Shown here: piece by piece, positions 23,999 to 26,226 of the stretch | How positions within the stretch are numbered: the first letter of the stretch is position 1 | Layout: each line of letters opens with the position of its first letter | IMG/VR virus record: IMGVR_UViG_3300037782_000075 | Span: 1-26,226 of that record | Length of the DNA: 26,226 bases | From: a virus | Taxonomy: Duplodnaviria; Caudoviricetes | Direction: 5' to 3' (one strand) | The notes under the pieces: generated by a model | The model's input: the letters and a program-made list of their open reading frames with translations, nothing else | Told to the model about the DNA's origin: nothing | The model's database searches: none | Position numbers and translations under genes: made by a program

Positions 23999-25384
23999 AT
24001 GTTTGCCAAGATCAGCTTGCCGCCTGGGCTCTTTCGTGAGGGCACGGAGTATCAGAACAGCGGGCGTTTCTATGACGCGGATCTTGTGCGCTGGCATTTG
24101 GGGCGGTTGCAGCCTATCGGCGGTTGGTCATCGATAGGCACGGCTTTGACTGGAACGGCGCGGGCAATTCATAGCTGGGTAGATAATTCAGCCGTAGGAA
24201 GGGCAGCGCTGGGCACTGAGGGCGATTTGTATGTCCTGACGACCGGAGGCGCCCTTTCAGATATAACGCCTGTCAGCGGCTGGTCATCGCAAGCGGCAAC
24301 TTCGACATGGACGTTAGACAATGCGGGCCAGTTGCTTGTCGGGGTGAATGATGCGCATGGCACAATCTTCACTTGGTCTCCTGGTGACGCGAATGCGGCG
24401 GCTTTGAGCAATGCGCCGAGTTGTGATGCGGTGGTTGTGACGAATGAGGGAATAATCATGGCTCTGGGGTCTGCGGGCAATCCGCGCCAAGTGTCATGGT
24501 GTGACCGGGATGACTTCACGGACTGGACGGCTGGGTTTGCTGACTTGGCGGGTGACTTGGTGGTTCAGGCCAAGGGCGGCATTCAGTGCGGTAAGAACAT
24601 TCGAGCTGGGACACTGATCTGGACGGGCGAAGATTTGCATATTGCGCGCTATGTGGGCTTGCCAAATGTTTACGGGATTACGCGTGTCGGTGACGATTGC
24701 GGGGCAATAAGCCGGGGCTGCGTGGCGATGGTGGATGACATGGTCTACTGGATGGGTCAAAGCAGCTTTTATGTCTGCAATGGCGGGGCGTTTGTTGAAG
24801 AGATCCCGTGTGCAATTCAAGATGATGTGTTTGGCTCGATCAACCGGACCCATGCGGGCAAGGTTCGGGCGATGCACAATAGCGAGTTTAATGAGCTTTG
24901 GTTTTTCTATCCGAAAAATGCAGCGACAGAGAATAGTCACGTTGCGGTGTTCAACTATGCCGAGGGGCATTGGACTCACCATGCGTTAGACCGTCACTGC
25001 GGGATAGGCCGGGGCAACGGGTTTAATAATCCGCTCATGGTGGATGGAACGACGGTTTATCAGCACGAGACGGGAACGACCATGACAGGGGCGGGGACGC
25101 CTTATGCGCGGTCTGGTCCGGTTGAGCTTGGCGATGGGTTTCAGGTTTTGCACGCGGTGCGGTGCATACCGGATGAAAAGGCCGCAGGAGATGTGGATAT
25201 GTACTTTTACACGCGCCCTTTCCCGAATGGATCTGAGACGACTCACGGGCCTTACAGCGCGTCTAATCCGGTAAATCTGCGGTTTATCGGGCGTCAGGCA
25301 GCGATAGAGTTCCGTCAGAGCGCGGCAAATGATTGGCGGGTGGGTGATTATCGGATTGAGCTGAAACCAGGAGGCTTGCGTTGA
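23999..25384 (+). CDS. Tail hub/nozzle (P22 gp10 packaged-DNA-stabilisation-like) protein
   Basis: Beta-rich 461 aa with propeller-like repeats (V.WCD.DD..DW, VYWMG..FY, ELWFFYP); follows the adaptor. Confidence 0.75.
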   Translation: MFAKISLPPGLFREGTEYQNSGRFYDADLVRWHLGRLQPIGGWSSIGTALTGTARAIHSWVDNSAVGRAALGTEGDLYVLTTGGALSDITPVSGWSSQAATSTWTLDNAGQLLVGVNDAHGTIFTWSPGDANAAALSNAPSCDAVVVTNEGIIMALGSAGNPRQVSWCDRDDFTDWTAGFADLAGDLVVQAKGGIQCGKNIRAGTLIWTGEDLHIARYVGLPNVYGITRVGDDCGAISRGCVAMVDDMVYWMGQSSFYVCNGGAFVEEIPCAIQDDVFGSINRTHAGKVRAMHNSEFNELWFFYPKNAATENSHVAVFNYAEGHWTHHALDRHCGIGRGNGFNNPLMVDGTTVYQHETGTTMTGAGTPYARSGPVELGDGFQVLHAVRCIPDEKAAGDVDMYFYTRPFPNGSETTHGPYSASNPVNLRFIGRQAAIEFRQSAANDWRVGDYRIELKPGGLR

Positions 25385-26226
25385 CCGCGCCTCCTGCTGT
25401 TTTGCCTGTTCCGAGGCCAAAGACAACTAAGGACTATGACCAGCGCACGACAGAGCAGGCGTTTCAGGCGCTGGAGCGTGACCTGTCTGAGAAGCACGAC
25501 AAGCGCGGCGATTTAATCCTTGATCCGGGCAAAGAGCTTGTCCTGACGGCAGACAATAGCTCTGCACAGTATGGAATTGGTATCGATAATTCGGGTTATC
25601 TGCGTATCCTGGATTATTCAGACGGAACTATCGGCACATTTAGTGTTGCGTGGTCTAATGTGGACGGCGCGGCGCAAGAGATTACCAATCTGACGACTTA
25701 TGTTGATGCTGCGGATGCGACTTTGCAGGCAAGCATTAACACGAATATGCAAGCAATCACTGACGAGGAGATTGCACGGGCACAGGCAATAGCTGACGAG
25801 GCTCAAGCGCGCACAGCAGAGGTCACTGCTGCCGCCTTGGCAGAAGCTGAGGCCCGCGCTGCGGACGTCCTGTCGCTAACCCAGGCTGACCTAGCAGCAG
25901 GGCAACGCCTGACGACCCTAGAGCAAACCGTGGACGACCCATCCACCGGCCTGAGTGCCAAGGTTGCTACCCTTGAGTCAACCGCCATTGACCTAGAGAA
26001 CAACAAGGCAGAAGCATCCGTGGTCACGGCTATTCAGTCTGACCTCGACGATCCAACGACTGGCCTAAAAGCGCGCGCTACGTCTCTCGAAGACCGCACC
26101 ACAGCGGTCGAGAATAATAAGGCTGAAGCCGCTGATCTGGACCTCTTGGATAGCCAAGTGAACGACCCAGTGACTGGTCTGGACGCTCGTGCTACCTCTC
26201 TGGAAAGCCGCACAACAGCGGTCGAG
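25381..26226 (+). CDS. Tail needle/fibre-like coiled-coil protein, 3'-truncated; not in the ORF track
   Basis: TTG start overlapping the previous stop, SD GGAGG. Frame is open to the window end. Heptad Ala/Glu/Thr-rich sequence with 38-aa repeats. Confidence 0.8.
   Translation, partial: MTAPPAVLPVPRPKTTKDYDQRTTEQAFQALERDLSEKHDKRGDLILDPGKELVLTADNSSAQYGIGIDNSGYLRILDYSDGTIGTFSVAWSNVDGAAQEITNLTTYVDAADATLQASINTNMQAITDEEIARAQAIADEAQARTAEVTAAALAEAEARAADVLSLTQADLAAGQRLTTLEQTVDDPSTGLSAKVATLESTAIDLENNKAEASVVTAIQSDLDDPTTGLKARATSLEDRTTAVENNKAEAADLDLLDSQVNDPVTGLDARATSLESRTTAVE
25930..26226 (+). repeat. 114-bp (38-aa) degenerate tandem repeat in the tail protein
   Basis: Units start at 25930 (VDDPSTGL), 26044 (LDDPTTGL) and 26158 (VNDPVTGL); the two complete units contain ENNKAEA. 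Confidence 0.85.

Overview
About 26 kb of a temperate, short-tailed (P22/podovirus-like) phage, most likely infecting an alphaproteobacterium; this host call rests on the GcrA-like gene and is an inference. The genome appears in its excised or free form: an intact attP (3' half of tRNA-Trp(CCA) plus arm-type repeats) has phage genes on both sides. Gene order: 5'-truncated membrane protein, GH24 endolysin with a C-terminal membrane anchor, overlapping spanins; terminator; small leftward ORFs; attP; tyrosine integrase; leftward early operon (GIY-YIG-like and HNH nucleases, putative recombination genes); short peptidase-less CI and Cro between twin 40-bp promoter/operator copies; DnaB helicase; initiator with an iteron origin; GcrA-like and HTH genes; a NusG paralog in the lambda-Q position followed by a structured leader; a leftward moron; terminase, portal, scaffold, major capsid, head-tail proteins; and a 3'-truncated coiled-coil tail protein with 38-aa repeats. 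The most interesting items are the NusG-paralog plus terminator-rich late leader, ORFs bracketed by duplicated translation-initiation junctions, possible LexA-box-controlled small operons paired with a non-cleavable repressor, and an atypical lysis cassette with no obvious holin. All product calls come from motif recognition by eye; no database searches were run.
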